Notes: generated from the sequence alone by a model not told the origin. 64,000 nucleotides of DNA from Bacteroidales bacterium (GCA_015060385.1 SUYO01000005.1:55244-119243), one strand, 5' to 3'. Positions 39,967 to 51,088 are shown, numbered from the stretch's first letter. Translations and numbers: made by a program.

Positions 39967-42900
39967 ATGTCCTTCGTCCATCTTCATGTCCATACACAAT
40001 ATTCCATCCTTGACGGTCAGGCCTCGATAGCGAGCCTTTTCGAGCGCGCAAAGGAGCTGGGTATGCCGGCTCTTGCAATCACCGACCATGGAAACATGTA
40101 TGGAGTCAAGGAATTTCTGAAGGTGGCGAAGAAGTTCCCTGAGGTCAAGCCGATCATAGGCTGCGAAATATATGTGACCCGTCATTATGACCATAAGCTC
40201 AAGGACAAGGATCACAGAAGCTATTTCCACCTCATCCTCCTCGCTAAGAATTACGGAGGCTACAAGAACTTGATGAAGATCGTCTCGACCGGCCATATCG
40301 AAGGTAAGTACTACGATAAGCCGAGGGTTTCCCATGAAGTCGTGGAAAAATATGCGGAAGGCCTTGTGTGCTGCTCTGCATGTATAGCCGGAGAGATCCC
40401 GAGAGCGATAATCGCAGGAGATATGAAGGGGGCTGAGGAAGCCGTGGCATGGCACAAGAGGGTGTTCGGAGACGACTTCTATCTGGAGGTCCAGCAGCAC
40501 AAGACCCAGATTCCTGGCCAGTCGCAGGAGGTCTATGAAAGGCAGCTGGTAGCCAATGAGGGCATATTCGAACTGGCTGAAAAGACAGGAACCAAGGTCG
40601 TTGCCACTAATGACGTGCACTTTACACGCAAGGAGGACGGCCCGGCACACGACAGGCTGATCTGCCTCACGACGAATGTGTATGTAGACGATCCTGACAG
40701 GATGCGCTATACCCAGCAGGAATACCTCAAGAGCGAAGAAGAGATGCTTGACATGTTCTACAAGCATCCCGAGACCCTGAGCAATACCCTTGAAGTTGCG
40801 GACAAGATAGAAAGCTTCAAGATCGACAAGGATCCTATCCTTCCGAAGTTCGACCTTCCGGAGGAATTCATGGCAGACATCGACAGCTATCTTGAAAAAT
40901 ACCGCCATATAATCGATGCTGGACGCTGTGACCCTAAGGGCAACGACCGCGGAGTCGAATTCACATGGTCTGTGGCCTATCTCTGCCACCTTACATACAG
41001 AGGAGCAGCGGAAAGGTATGGTGAAACTCTTGATGAGGTCCAGTCGGAACGTATCGAGTTCGAGCTCAGGACCATCTGCTCGATGGGTTTCCCTGATTAC
41101 TTCCTCATTGTCCAGGACTTCATCGCAGCTGCCCGCAGGGAAGGCATATCCGTGGGTCCGGGACGTGGATCCGCCGCAGGATCGGCTGTTGCCTACTGTC
41201 TGAAGATCACCAATATAGACCCGATCAGATACGACCTTCTCTTCGAGCGATTCCTCAATCCTGACCGTATCAACATGCCCGATGTCGACATTGACTTCGA
41301 CGACGACGGCCGATACAGGGTGTTCCAGTACATTGAGGAAAAGTATGGAAAGGACCACATATCCCATGTGATCACATACGGTACGATGGCCGCGAAGTCG
41401 GCAATCAAGGATGTGGCACGCGTAAGCCGCATGTCCATCGAAGAATCCAACCGCCTTACCAAGATGGTACCGGACCGACCTTTCGAGGCGACGGTCGAGG
41501 AAGACGGAAAGAAGGTGACGAAGGAATTCAAGCCGAAGCTCGGAAACTGCCTCAAGTACGGAGAACTCAAGAACGAGATGACAGGAGGAAGCGAGCAGAC
41601 AAAGGAAGTGCTCGAATATGCCGGCAAGCTGGAGGGCTGCATACGCCAGACAGGCGTGCATGCCTGTGCCATGATCATCGGACGAGGCAATCTTACCGAA
41701 TACATACCAATTTCCATAGCGAACGACAAGCTTACCGGCGAAGAGGTCTGGGTGTCCCAGTATGACGGCCACTATATCGAGGAGGTCGGAATGCTCAAGA
41801 TGGACTTCCTCGGACTGAGGACCCTGTCCATCATCAAGGAATGTCAGGCGAACATCAAGAAGCGCTGGGGTGTGGAGTTCGATATAGAAAAGATCCCTAT
41901 CGACGACAAGGCTACATATGAACTTTACAGCCGTGGAGATACCACGAGCGTGTTCCAGTTCGAAAGTCCCGGCATGAAGGAGTGGCTCATAAAGCTCCAG
42001 CCGACACGTTTCGAGGACCTTATCGCCATGAATGCCCTCTATCGCCCGGGTCCGATGGACTATATTCCTGATTTCGTGGAGAGGAAGCAAGGCCGTCAGC
42101 CTATCGTGTACGACCTTCCGGAAATGGAGGAGATCCTTCAGGATACATACGGCATCACAGTATATCAGGAGCAGGTTATGCTTCTTTCGCGTAAGCTTGC
42201 CGACTTTACCAGAGGTCAGGCGGATACCCTACGTAAGGCCATGGGTAAGAAGATCATCGATCTCCTTAACTCTCTCAAGGGACTCTTCCTTGAGGGTGGA
42301 GAGAAGAACGGACATCCTAAGGAAGTCCTCGAAAAGATCTGGGCGGACTGGGAGAAGTTTGCTGCATACGCCTTCAACAAGTCCCATGCTACATGCTATG
42401 CGTGGGTGAGCTACCAGACAGGATGGCTCAAGGCCCACTATCCTGCAGAGTTCCAGGCAGCCAACCTGACCAAGAATCTCTCCAACATGGACGAGATCAA
42501 GAAGATCATGGATGACTGCAAGAAGAACGGAATAAGGGTGCTTAATCCCGACATCAACGAGTCGGATGCACGCTTTACCGTAAACAAGCAGGGAGAGATC
42601 CGTTTCGGACTTGGAGGTATAAAGGGCTTCGGAGACAATATAGTGCGCGCGATACTCGCTGACAGAGAGGAAAACGGACTTTTCGAGGATATCTATGACT
42701 TTGTCGAGAGAATGTCCGGAATAGTGAACAGAAAGGCCTTCGAGTCGCTTCTCCATGCGGGAGCATTCGACAGTTTCGGTCTCTGCCGCAAACAGTTCGT
42801 ACTTCCGGGAAAGAACGGGGATATGTTCATGGACACTCTTCTCAGATACGGAGAACTTTATAAGAAGGACAGCATGGAAAGCAGTGTGTCGCTTTTCGGA

Positions 42901-43650
42901 GAAGTGGAGGAAATGAAGCCGGAAAGACCGGAGATTCCTGCCATGACTGGAGAGGAGGACATACTTGAAAAGCTGCAGTACGAGAAGGAGCTTGTGGGCA
43001 TGTACCTTTCTGCCCATCCTTTGGATACATATCGGTTCGAACTGGATAACTTTGCCACATGTCAGGTTTCTGACCTAAACAACCTGGTGTCCGAGTGTGA
43101 GATGAAGAAGACAAAGATGAAGGTGGCTGTTGCCGGATTCATCACAAAGACCGAACACATCAACGGACAGAGCGGAAGACCATGGTCAAAGACCGTCATA
43201 GAGGATTTCGGGGGCAGTTATGAACTCAAGCTATATGGCAAGGACCACGAGGCCTTCATGAGCTATATGACGTTATACAACACCATCTTCATTGAAGGTG
43301 AGATAGACGAAAAGTATTATGTTAAGCCGGAAGACAGGGCTCAAGGCAAGACATCTCCTTACGGCTTCAAGGTCAAGAAGATCATGCTTCTTGGAAACGT
43401 GACGGATACCTATATAAAGGGATTTGCTGTAAACATTACCACTCCGATGCTTACCCCTCAGTTCCGTGACGCCCTTGTGGGGCTTATAAAGAAGAACAAG
43501 GGAAATGTCCCTCTGAGCATGTTCCTCTACGATCCCGAGAAGAAATGGAACATCGAGTTCCTTTCACGCAAGTTCCGTGTAGGCGTGACGGCAGGATTCA
43601 TCGAGGAGCTGGAGAAGATGAACGTGAAGTATACGGTGCTCAAGAAATAA
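39967..43650 (+). CDS. dnaE: DNA polymerase III alpha subunit
   Basis: HLHVHTQYSILDG PHP domain; GPGRGSAAGS, PDVDIDF, KMDFLGL and YAFNKSH motifs. Confidence 0.97.
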   Translation: MSFVHLHVHTQYSILDGQASIASLFERAKELGMPALAITDHGNMYGVKEFLKVAKKFPEVKPIIGCEIYVTRHYDHKLKDKDHRSYFHLILLAKNYGGYKNLMKIVSTGHIEGKYYDKPRVSHEVVEKYAEGLVCCSACIAGEIPRAIIAGDMKGAEEAVAWHKRVFGDDFYLEVQQHKTQIPGQSQEVYERQLVANEGIFELAEKTGTKVVATNDVHFTRKEDGPAHDRLICLTTNVYVDDPDRMRYTQQEYLKSEEEMLDMFYKHPETLSNTLEVADKIESFKIDKDPILPKFDLPEEFMADIDSYLEKYRHIIDAGRCDPKGNDRGVEFTWSVAYLCHLTYRGAAERYGETLDEVQSERIEFELRTICSMGFPDYFLIVQDFIAAARREGISVGPGRGSAAGSAVAYCLKITNIDPIRYDLLFERFLNPDRINMPDVDIDFDDDGRYRVFQYIEEKYGKDHISHVITYGTMAAKSAIKDVARVSRMSIEESNRLTKMVPDRPFEATVEEDGKKVTKEFKPKLGNCLKYGELKNEMTGGSEQTKEVLEYAGKLEGCIRQTGVHACAMIIGRGNLTEYIPISIANDKLTGEEVWVSQYDGHYIEEVGMLKMDFLGLRTLSIIKECQANIKKRWGVEFDIEKIPIDDKATYELYSRGDTTSVFQFESPGMKEWLIKLQPTRFEDLIAMNALYRPGPMDYIPDFVERKQGRQPIVYDLPEMEEILQDTYGITVYQEQVMLLSRKLADFTRGQADTLRKAMGKKIIDLLNSLKGLFLEGGEKNGHPKEVLEKIWADWEKFAAYAFNKSHATCYAWVSYQTGWLKAHYPAEFQAANLTKNLSNMDEIKKIMDDCKKNGIRVLNPDINESDARFTVNKQGEIRFGLGGIKGFGDNIVRAILADREENGLFEDIYDFVERMSGIVNRKAFESLLHAGAFDSFGLCRKQFVLPGKNGDMFMDTLLRYGELYKKDSMESSVSLFGEVEEMKPERPEIPAMTGEEDILEKLQYEKELVGMYLSAHPLDTYRFELDNFATCQVSDLNNLVSECEMKKTKMKVAVAGFITKTEHINGQSGRPWSKTVIEDFGGSYELKLYGKDHEAFMSYMTLYNTIFIEGEIDEKYYVKPEDRAQGKTSPYGFKVKKIMLLGNVTDTYIKGFAVNITTPMLTPQFRDALVGLIKKNKGNVPLSMFLYDPEKKWNIEFLSRKFRVGVTAGFIEELEKMNVKYTVLKK

Positions 43651-43668
43651 TCTTGAGATTTCATAAAA

Positions 43669-43702
43669 AAGAATGAGCGACCTTTGCGGGTCGCTCATTC
43701 TT
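43669..43702. terminator. Bidirectional terminator between dnaE and secDF
   Basis: AAGAATGAGCGACC-TTTGCG-GGTCGCTCATTCTT with an upstream A tract. Confidence 0.75.
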
Positions 43703-43719
43703 GATATGTGGTAGAAGAA

Positions 43720-46700
43720 TTACTCAGCCTTCTTTGCTGCCTTCTTCTCTGCCTTCTTTGTCACATCGAACATGATAGGAGTTGCGATGAAGATAGAAGC
43801 ATAAGTACCGATCACGATACCGAGGATGAGGGCTACAGCAAGACCTCTGATCACCTCACCACCGAAGATTGCAATCGCGAGCATTGTCACGAGAGTAGTG
43901 AGTGAAGTATTCATTGTACGTGAGAGCGTGCTGTTGAGAGCCTCGTTCACGTTCTGACGGAAGTCAGCCTTAGGATGGAGCTCCTTGTACTCACGGATAC
44001 GGTCGAAGATAACCACTGTATCGTTGATAGCGTAACCGATGATGGTCAGAATCGCAGCGATGAATGTCTGGTCGATATCAAGGCTGAACGGAAGGATACC
44101 TGAGAAGAGTGAGAAGAAGCCGATCACGATAAGTGCTGTGTGTGCAAGACCTGTCACACCACCGAGACCCCATGTCCATCCGTTGAAACGGATTGCGATG
44201 TATCCGAAGATGACGAAGAGGGCGATGATTACAGCGATGATAGCATTTCTTGTAATGTCGTTCGCGATGGTAGGACCCACCTTGTCCGAGCTGATGATAC
44301 CGTTAGGGTTGTCGAGAGTAGAAGTGAACTCTGCAAAAGTGAGCTCAGAAGCGAAGAATCCCTTGAGCGCATTGTAGAGCTTGTTCTCAACCTCTGCATC
44401 TGCATCGGTAGACTCGTCTTCAACAAGATACTGGGTTGTGATCTTCATCTGGCTCTCGCCACCGAACTGCTTGACCTCGACTGCACCGTCAAACTCTGCG
44501 ATAGCTGCAGCGCGTACGTCTTCAGCTGTTACAGGGCTGTCGAATCTTACGACATAAGTACGTCCACCGGTGAAGTCCACACCGTATGTGAAGCCCTTTG
44601 TGAAGATTGAAACAAGAGAGATGAGGATGAGTGCGCCAGAAACGATGTATGCGATCTTCTTCTTGCTGAGGAAGTCTACGTGTGTATTCTGGAGGAAGTT
44701 CCTTGTAACCTTGTTGTCGAAAGTGATGTTCTTTCCCTTCACGATTCTGTCGTCGAAGATGATTCTTGTGATGAATACGGATGTGAGGACAGAAGTGATG
44801 ATACCGATGATGAGGGTAGTAGCGAAGCCCTGTACAGGACCTGAACCGAAGAAGAAGAGAACGAGACCTGTAAGGAATGTTGTGAACTGACCGTCGATGA
44901 TGGCCGAGTATGCATTCCTGTAACCGTCAGCGACAGCCTTGCTCAGACCCTTGCCCGCGCGAAGCTCTTCCTTGACACGCTCGTAGATGATGACGTTGGC
45001 ATCCACCGCCATACCGAGGGTCAGTACGAGACCGGCGATACCAGGGAGGGTGAGGACAGCTCCGAATGATACGAGGGTACCGAAGAGGAGAACCACGTTG
45101 CACAGAAGTGCGAGGTCAGCCACGAGACCGGCGCCCTGATAGAAGAATACCATATAGAGGAGAACGAGTACGAACGCGATCACGAATGAAATGAGACCGG
45201 CGTTGATGGACTCTGCTCCGAGTGATGGTCCTACAACCTGCTCCTGGATGATTGTTGCAGGTGCAGGGAGCTTACCTGACTTGAGTACGTTTGCAAGGTC
45301 TTCAGCCTCCTCGAGGGTGAAGTTACCTGTGATCTGCGAGCTACCGCCTGCGATCTCGCCGTTTACTGTAGGGTATGAGTATACCATGCCGTCGAGAACG
45401 ATAGCGATCTGCTTGCCGATGTTCTCCTTGGTCATACGTGCCCAGATGTTCGCACCCTCGGCATTCATTGACATTGAAACCTCAGGAGATCCGCCTGTGT
45501 TGCCGTACTGTACGCGTGCGTCTGTTACAACACCACCGTCGAGAGGTGCCTTGCCGTCGCGTGAAGTAGACTTGATTGCAACGAGCTCGAAAATGTTCTG
45601 GTTAGGATCCATCATGGATGGCTTCACAGTCCACATTGCCTTGAATTCAGGTGGGAAGAGCTGCTTTACCTGCGGCATTGCAAGGTACTTGTTCACGAGG
45701 GCTGTATCAGCATAGTGAGCGTAACCGATGCATGCATATCCTCTTGCACCTGATGGCTGGAGTACAGAGAAGAGAGGGTTCTGCTTTCTGTATGCAGCCT
45801 CAGCGGCAGCATCGTTCTCAGCCTGCTTGAGCTCCTCTGCGAGAAGGTCTTCGCCTTCTGCAGCAGCCTCTTCTGCAACAGCCTCTTCAGTGTCTGCCAG
45901 GAGGGTAGCGAGAGTAGCGTTTGCCTCAGCGAGATAAGCCTCAACCTCTGCGTTGTCATATGTTGCCCAGAATTCGAGAGATGCAGTTCCCTGGAGGAGC
46001 TTTCTTACACGCTCAGGCTCTTTTACGCCTGGGAGCTCCACGAGGATACGTCCGCTGTTTCCGAGCTTCTGGATGTTAGGCTGTGTGACACCGAAACGGT
46101 CGATACGGTTTCTGAGCACGTTGAATGAGTTTGAAATCGCGCTCTCAGACTCACCTCTGATTACCTCGATAACCTCAGCGTTTGTAGACTCAGGTCCGAT
46201 CTTGTCTCTCATTTCGTATGTACCGAAGATCTGTGCGAGAGGCATTCCGTTTGAAGTCTCCTCCCAAGCCTCAGCGAAAAGGGTGATATAGTCCTGACGT
46301 GAGTTTACGCTGCGCTCCTCTGCGAGAGCGAGTGCGTTTGTGAACTCAGGAGCCTCATTGCCGCCTGCAAGAGCCTTTACGAGGTCCTTGAGCTGCACCT
46401 GAAGCATTACGTTCATACCTCCCTTAAGGTCGAGACCAAGGTTGATCGCCTTGGACTTCACGTCCTTGTAAGTGTATCCAAAATAGATCTTCTCTGATGA
46501 GATAGAATCGATGTACCTTCTGTTCTCGTCCTTTCTGATAGAGTCGAGGTAGAAGGCTCTGTCACCTTCAGCTACCTTGCTGAAAGCGGCTGTCTTCATT
46601 GCGGCTTCCGCCTTTGCCTCAGCATACTTCTCTGCGTTCTTCTCCTGCCTGTTTGTCACAAGGGTGAAGGAGAGCTGCCACAGAGATGCAAGCAGAAGGA

Positions 46701-46737
46701 GGACTGCCACAAATTTGATTGCACCTTTACTTTGCAT
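43720..46737 (-). CDS. secDF: Protein translocase subunit SecDF
   Basis: LGLDLKGG, AIVLDG, VGPSLG, GMAVDANV, GVDFTGG and GYAINDTVVIFDRIRE motifs. Confidence 0.96.
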   Translation of the reverse strand: MQSKGAIKFVAVLLLLASLWQLSFTLVTNRQEKNAEKYAEAKAEAAMKTAAFSKVAEGDRAFYLDSIRKDENRRYIDSISSEKIYFGYTYKDVKSKAINLGLDLKGGMNVMLQVQLKDLVKALAGGNEAPEFTNALALAEERSVNSRQDYITLFAEAWEETSNGMPLAQIFGTYEMRDKIGPESTNAEVIEVIRGESESAISNSFNVLRNRIDRFGVTQPNIQKLGNSGRILVELPGVKEPERVRKLLQGTASLEFWATYDNAEVEAYLAEANATLATLLADTEEAVAEEAAAEGEDLLAEELKQAENDAAAEAAYRKQNPLFSVLQPSGARGYACIGYAHYADTALVNKYLAMPQVKQLFPPEFKAMWTVKPSMMDPNQNIFELVAIKSTSRDGKAPLDGGVVTDARVQYGNTGGSPEVSMSMNAEGANIWARMTKENIGKQIAIVLDGMVYSYPTVNGEIAGGSSQITGNFTLEEAEDLANVLKSGKLPAPATIIQEQVVGPSLGAESINAGLISFVIAFVLVLLYMVFFYQGAGLVADLALLCNVVLLFGTLVSFGAVLTLPGIAGLVLTLGMAVDANVIIYERVKEELRAGKGLSKAVADGYRNAYSAIIDGQFTTFLTGLVLFFFGSGPVQGFATTLIIGIITSVLTSVFITRIIFDDRIVKGKNITFDNKVTRNFLQNTHVDFLSKKKIAYIVSGALILISLVSIFTKGFTYGVDFTGGRTYVVRFDSPVTAEDVRAAAIAEFDGAVEVKQFGGESQMKITTQYLVEDESTDADAEVENKLYNALKGFFASELTFAEFTSTLDNPNGIISSDKVGPTIANDITRNAIIAVIIALFVIFGYIAIRFNGWTWGLGGVTGLAHTALIVIGFFSLFSGILPFSLDIDQTFIAAILTIIGYAINDTVVIFDRIREYKELHPKADFRQNVNEALNSTLSRTMNTSLTTLVTMLAIAIFGGEVIRGLAVALILGIVIGTYASIFIATPIMFDVTKKAEKKAAKKAE

Positions 46738-46916
46738 AATAATTTATTGTTTTAATGATATTTTATTGTCTTTTATACGCATTTAAGTATAGCGACTGCA
46801 AATAGGGCACAAATTTACGATTTTTTTCTTATAAATGAAGAAACTGCCCTGTTTTATCGTCGGATTATGTAATTATTTCGTATTTTTGTAAGTTGTAAAC
46901 GAGTTGGATCGATAAG

Positions 46917-48770
46917 ATGAGAAGAAATAGCGTTATCATTCATATATATACTGTACTGATCTTCGTGTTTTCGTCATTCTGTCTTCATGCTCAGACTGAC
47001 AAGGCGGCGGACGGGATGCGCCGCGGAGACATTCTCCGTGAAAAATATCGCTTTGATGAGGCAGTGGAGGCGTACATGGACGCTTCTGACATGATTGCGG
47101 ACACGCTTCTCAGTCCGGCAGATTCCCTCCTCAAGATGGAAATCAGCGACCGTATCCTCATGGCCGAGAATGGTCTCAGCATGATGGATTTCGTATATGT
47201 TCCTGCAGTTGCAGCACGGCACAGGTTCTCGATAGATGATTTCTTTCTGTATTATCCTCTTCCGGAAGGTGCATGGAGAGATGTTCCGTGCCAGCTGGAC
47301 AGCGTTGCTCATGCTTTTTCAAAGGCCGTGTATATACCGGAAGATACTGATGTGATTTATTGGTCTGCAGTTGATAAGGAGGGTATAAGGAATATCTTCA
47401 TGTCGGAGTATCAGGATACCGTATGGACGGTTCCGTCCCTTCTCAACGAGTATATCACTTCCGATTCGGATGAAATTTATCCGATGCTTTCTCCAGACGG
47501 TTCGAAACTTTATTTTTCTTCTGCCGGTCTTCACGGTGTCGGAGGATATGACATCTATGTTTCCGAAAAGGATCCTTCTACCGGAGACTGGTCTATGCCT
47601 GTGAACATGGGATTTCCGTATTCGTCGCCTGCGGATGATTTCCTTTTCGTAAATTCTGAAGACGGCAGATATTCTCTCTTTGCTTCCAACAGGGATTGTT
47701 CGAAGGATAGTGTGTATGTCTATGTGCTTGAATACGAAACGATGCCGGTGAGACGTCCGGTTGCCGATCCTGATGAGATGGCAAGGATTGCAAGGCTTTT
47801 TCCTCAGACAACCGTTTCATCTGCAGGAAATGCAGAAGTAAAGGCTGATGTTCCCGAAAATGTGGATACACGCAGATACATGGACAAGGTTTCGGAGGTG
47901 AGGAGCCTGAGAGATGCCATTGACAAGTTGGGCCTTGAGATAGAGGATGCCCGACTGCAGAACGATGAGGAGGCTGTACTTGATGGTGAATTTGCACTTG
48001 TGGCGTTGCAGGATTCCCTTGCGGAGGTGTCTGCCGCCCTTCAGCAGATTGAGATGGAATTCCTGTTCAGTGGAGTGGTCATCGATCCCGACAAGCTCAT
48101 GGCGGAAGCTGACAAGGAGATTGTTGCTCCGACGGCAGACTATGTCTTTTCTAAAAACGGTTTTGGTAAGCCACTGTCACTCAAGATGCTTGATCCTATA
48201 CCTGAATTCGATTATTCATTCAAGATTCTTGAAGAAGGACAATTTGCTGAGGACCAGACCCTTCCGTCAGGTCTTGTATATCAGATACAGATGTTCCTTA
48301 CCTCATCTCCTGTGACGGTATCTAAGCTTAAGGGTCTCAGTCCTGTATTCGAGACCAGGACCTCAACCGGAAAATATATCTACAGAGTGGGTGTCTTCAG
48401 AACCTATGCTGATGTGCTTTCCAACCTCAATTCTGTCAAGAGAGCTGGGTTCAAGAGCGCGTTCATAGTTGCCTTCAACGACGGAAAGGAATTGACGGTT
48501 TCCAAGGCAAGGGCGCTTGAGGCTGAGAAGAAGTCCCGTCTATATGAAGTACGTATCGAGACAGGAAACGATGACCTTGACCCTGCGGTTGCAAGCGGTA
48601 TCCGCCAGCAGGCCTCGGGAAAGGATATAGCAAGAGTCGAGAACGAGGACGGAACCAAGAGATATGTCGTAGGTCCTTTCTCAGACAAGTCAGCTGCTGA
48701 AAATCTTGTCACATTCATCCGAGCCATGGGTGCAGATTCGGCATCCTGCGTTGAGATTCCTCAGAAATAA
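46917..48770 (+). CDS. Periplasmic protein with PD40/WD40-like repeats and C-terminal SPOR-like domains
   Basis: SPDGSKLYFSS, GGYDIY, NMGFPYSSPADD, YRVGVF and YVVGPFSDKSAAE motifs. Confidence 0.7.
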   Translation: MRRNSVIIHIYTVLIFVFSSFCLHAQTDKAADGMRRGDILREKYRFDEAVEAYMDASDMIADTLLSPADSLLKMEISDRILMAENGLSMMDFVYVPAVAARHRFSIDDFFLYYPLPEGAWRDVPCQLDSVAHAFSKAVYIPEDTDVIYWSAVDKEGIRNIFMSEYQDTVWTVPSLLNEYITSDSDEIYPMLSPDGSKLYFSSAGLHGVGGYDIYVSEKDPSTGDWSMPVNMGFPYSSPADDFLFVNSEDGRYSLFASNRDCSKDSVYVYVLEYETMPVRRPVADPDEMARIARLFPQTTVSSAGNAEVKADVPENVDTRRYMDKVSEVRSLRDAIDKLGLEIEDARLQNDEEAVLDGEFALVALQDSLAEVSAALQQIEMEFLFSGVVIDPDKLMAEADKEIVAPTADYVFSKNGFGKPLSLKMLDPIPEFDYSFKILEEGQFAEDQTLPSGLVYQIQMFLTSSPVTVSKLKGLSPVFETRTSTGKYIYRVGVFRTYADVLSNLNSVKRAGFKSAFIVAFNDGKELTVSKARALEAEKKSRLYEVRIETGNDDLDPAVASGIRQQASGKDIARVENEDGTKRYVVGPFSDKSAAENLVTFIRAMGADSASCVEIPQK

Positions 48771-48883
48771 AATTCACGTGGTGGGCATTATTGTCGCCTA
48801 CCACGTGAACGCATATTGCCTGGAAGCTTTGTAAAGCTTCCTTGATCACGTGGTGGGTTCTGATTTTACCCACCACGTGAATT
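48771..48883. repeat. Compound palindromic element (three hairpins with terminal inverted repeats) filling a convergent intergenic gap
   Basis: AATTCACGTGGTGGG...CCCACCACGTGAATT termini; the CACGTG-containing arm occurs four times; central GGAAGCTTT/AAAGCTTCC hairpin. Confidence 0.75.
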
Positions 48884-50968
48884 TTATAGTCTGCTGAGGT
48901 CGTATTCCGGAAGGACTTCAGGATCAGGTGTCTCGTAGTTCGATATCCTGAGTCTGTAGTTGCGGAGTTCCTCGAATGTGTACTGAGGTTCGCTGCAGTC
49001 TTCAGGGATAGGCATTCCTGAGAATGTCTGGAAGTACATCATGGTAGCGTCTCTCCACCAGAGTGCATCCTTCGCCTGACGTATGAGCTTGACGTTGACC
49101 TCGTTCCAGCGCTCCTCATCCACGAACTCACGTACTTCAGCCCATGTGTCGATATATCCTGCAGCCGCATCGATACCCTCCTGGAATGTGTAGCAGAGAG
49201 TGTCCCATACGGATTTTCCGCTCTTGAGCTTGTAGTCCCAAGGGAGGTGGTGGAACCAGAGGATGAGGTTCTCAGGGCATGTTTCAGGGTTGCCGTACAT
49301 CGAAGCAAGAGGCTCATGGTACTGACCGACGTTTCCGCTGCCATTCATTGTCCTGTCGAATCCTACTCCGTCAGGACCTGCCTTGTGGTAGTACATTGGC
49401 GACCAGTCAGGTCTGATGCTGCCTTCCCATGGACCCGGACCATAGTGGCCGGCACCTGCGAATGTATGGTGGAGTCCCATAGGCATTTCGTAACGTACTG
49501 TATTCTCCCTAGACTCAAGCATGAGGTCCTTGACAGGAGCCACGAAGTCTGCGTCGTCTGTAAATGTCTGCTTTATCCACTCGTCAGCGATTTCCTCTGA
49601 AGAAAGTTCTGGATTCCATGCCATACGTCCGTATGCATACCAGTTTGCCTGAGCGAAGTGGTGTCCGCACCAGTTTGTGCTGTCTCCGATGTTGGTTACA
49701 CCTGCAATTGCATTGATCGGACGGTTGTGGAGCTTGCCGGTTGTGATGTCACGCACCGTAGAGCCCTCTCCCTTCTGATATGTGTCTGCATCGAGGCACT
49801 CCTTCCACATAGGGTGGAGGTACACGAGGTGGTTGGAATGACCGAGATATTCCTGTGTGATCTGCATCTCCGCCATCACGGTAGTGTTTTCAAGCTGTCC
49901 GAACAGCGGGCTGAACGGCTCGCGAGGCTGGAAGTCGATAGGACCGTTCTTGATCTGGATGATGACGTTGTCCTTGAACTTTCCGTCGAAAGGTACGAAC
50001 TCGAGGCTTGCCTGCATAGCTCTGTCAGGAGCCTGTGCGTCGTATACGAATGCCCTCCACATCACGATGCCGCCGAAAGGCGCGACCGCGTCAGCGAGCA
50101 TGTTCGCGCCGTCGGCATGGGTGCGGCCGTAGTCCTGCGGACCGGACTGACCCTCAGAATTCGCCTTTACGAGGAAGCCTCCGAAGTCAGGGATGAGCGC
50201 GTATATTTCTGCAGCCTTGTCATTCCACCATTTGACGACCTTCTTGTCGAGAGGGTCAGAAGTCTTGAGGCCGCCGATGTGCTTAGGCGATGCGAAATTG
50301 ATAGAAAGGAATACCTTGAGACCGTATGGACGGAAGATGTCGGCGAGAACCTTTACCTTCTGAAGGTATTCAGGTGTAAGCATTATCGGATCAGCATTCA
50401 CGTTGTTGAGGACGGTGCTGTTTATTCCGAGAGATGCGTTGGCGCGTGCATATTCCTCGTATACAGGAAGGATGGTCTCAGGAAGGCTCTCCCATTTCCA
50501 GAGAGACTGACCTGCGTATCCGCGCTCCACGGTAAGGTTCGGGTTGTCCCAATGGTTGAGGACTCTGTACTGGTAGGCAGGTACTTCGGTCACGGTTCCT
50601 TCCTTGAGGACCTTTCCTGTCTCCTGTCTGCGGAGGAGGTCATATACTCCGTAAAGCACACCTGTCTCAGTGTTGGATTCTACAGAAATGCCGTCTTTTC
50701 CGAAGACAAGTCTGTAACCTTCATTTCCGAGGGTTTCGTCCTTGGTCTGGAGTACATTGAAAGAGACCTTCTGTCCTTTCCAGTACTGGCTGATCTCATT
50801 TTCGGCGATCGCCATGGTGGTCTTTTCAGCAGAAAGGTTCATGCCGTCCTTGTCCAGCGAATAGAACCAGAGCTGATGTCCGTCAGTACTTTCTGGCTTT
50901 ACCGGACCCTGGCATGAAGCCATGAGGGTCAGCGCAGCTGCAAAGAATAGGGTTTTGATGATTTTCAT
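48884..50968 (-). CDS. Alpha-glucuronidase (GH67), lipoprotein
   Basis: LNHWDN..VERGYAG, LNNVNA, GGFLVKANSEGQ, KNGPIDFQPREP and QITQEYLG motifs; lipobox LMASC. Confidence 0.93.
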   Translation of the reverse strand: MKIIKTLFFAAALTLMASCQGPVKPESTDGHQLWFYSLDKDGMNLSAEKTTMAIAENEISQYWKGQKVSFNVLQTKDETLGNEGYRLVFGKDGISVESNTETGVLYGVYDLLRRQETGKVLKEGTVTEVPAYQYRVLNHWDNPNLTVERGYAGQSLWKWESLPETILPVYEEYARANASLGINSTVLNNVNADPIMLTPEYLQKVKVLADIFRPYGLKVFLSINFASPKHIGGLKTSDPLDKKVVKWWNDKAAEIYALIPDFGGFLVKANSEGQSGPQDYGRTHADGANMLADAVAPFGGIVMWRAFVYDAQAPDRAMQASLEFVPFDGKFKDNVIIQIKNGPIDFQPREPFSPLFGQLENTTVMAEMQITQEYLGHSNHLVYLHPMWKECLDADTYQKGEGSTVRDITTGKLHNRPINAIAGVTNIGDSTNWCGHHFAQANWYAYGRMAWNPELSSEEIADEWIKQTFTDDADFVAPVKDLMLESRENTVRYEMPMGLHHTFAGAGHYGPGPWEGSIRPDWSPMYYHKAGPDGVGFDRTMNGSGNVGQYHEPLASMYGNPETCPENLILWFHHLPWDYKLKSGKSVWDTLCYTFQEGIDAAAGYIDTWAEVREFVDEERWNEVNVKLIRQAKDALWWRDATMMYFQTFSGMPIPEDCSEPQYTFEELRNYRLRISNYETPDPEVLPEYDLSRL

Positions 50969-51088
50969 AATGTATTATCGGTTAATATAGTTTCCTTATT
51001 TACGGATTTCACAAAAATATCTATATTTATTGACCTTTCCAAACAGAAAATGTTATCTTTGTGTGGTATGTATATAAAATAGAACGGA

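Noticed and set aside
39946-43017. Long antisense ORFs (714 and 262 aa) opposite dnaE
   Set aside because: These are shadow frames caused by codon bias of the sense gene and contain no recognisable motifs.
39967-43650. Intein in dnaE
   Set aside because: Length and motif spacing are normal, with only short loop insertions.
48774-48882. CACGTG-containing arms as parS sites
   Set aside because: Only half of the 16-bp parS palindrome matches.
49658-50917. 419-aa plus-strand ORF opposite GH67, and similar ones opposite mfd, the 36-kb OMP, mscS and the permease
   Set aside because: They are antisense shadows of well-supported genes.
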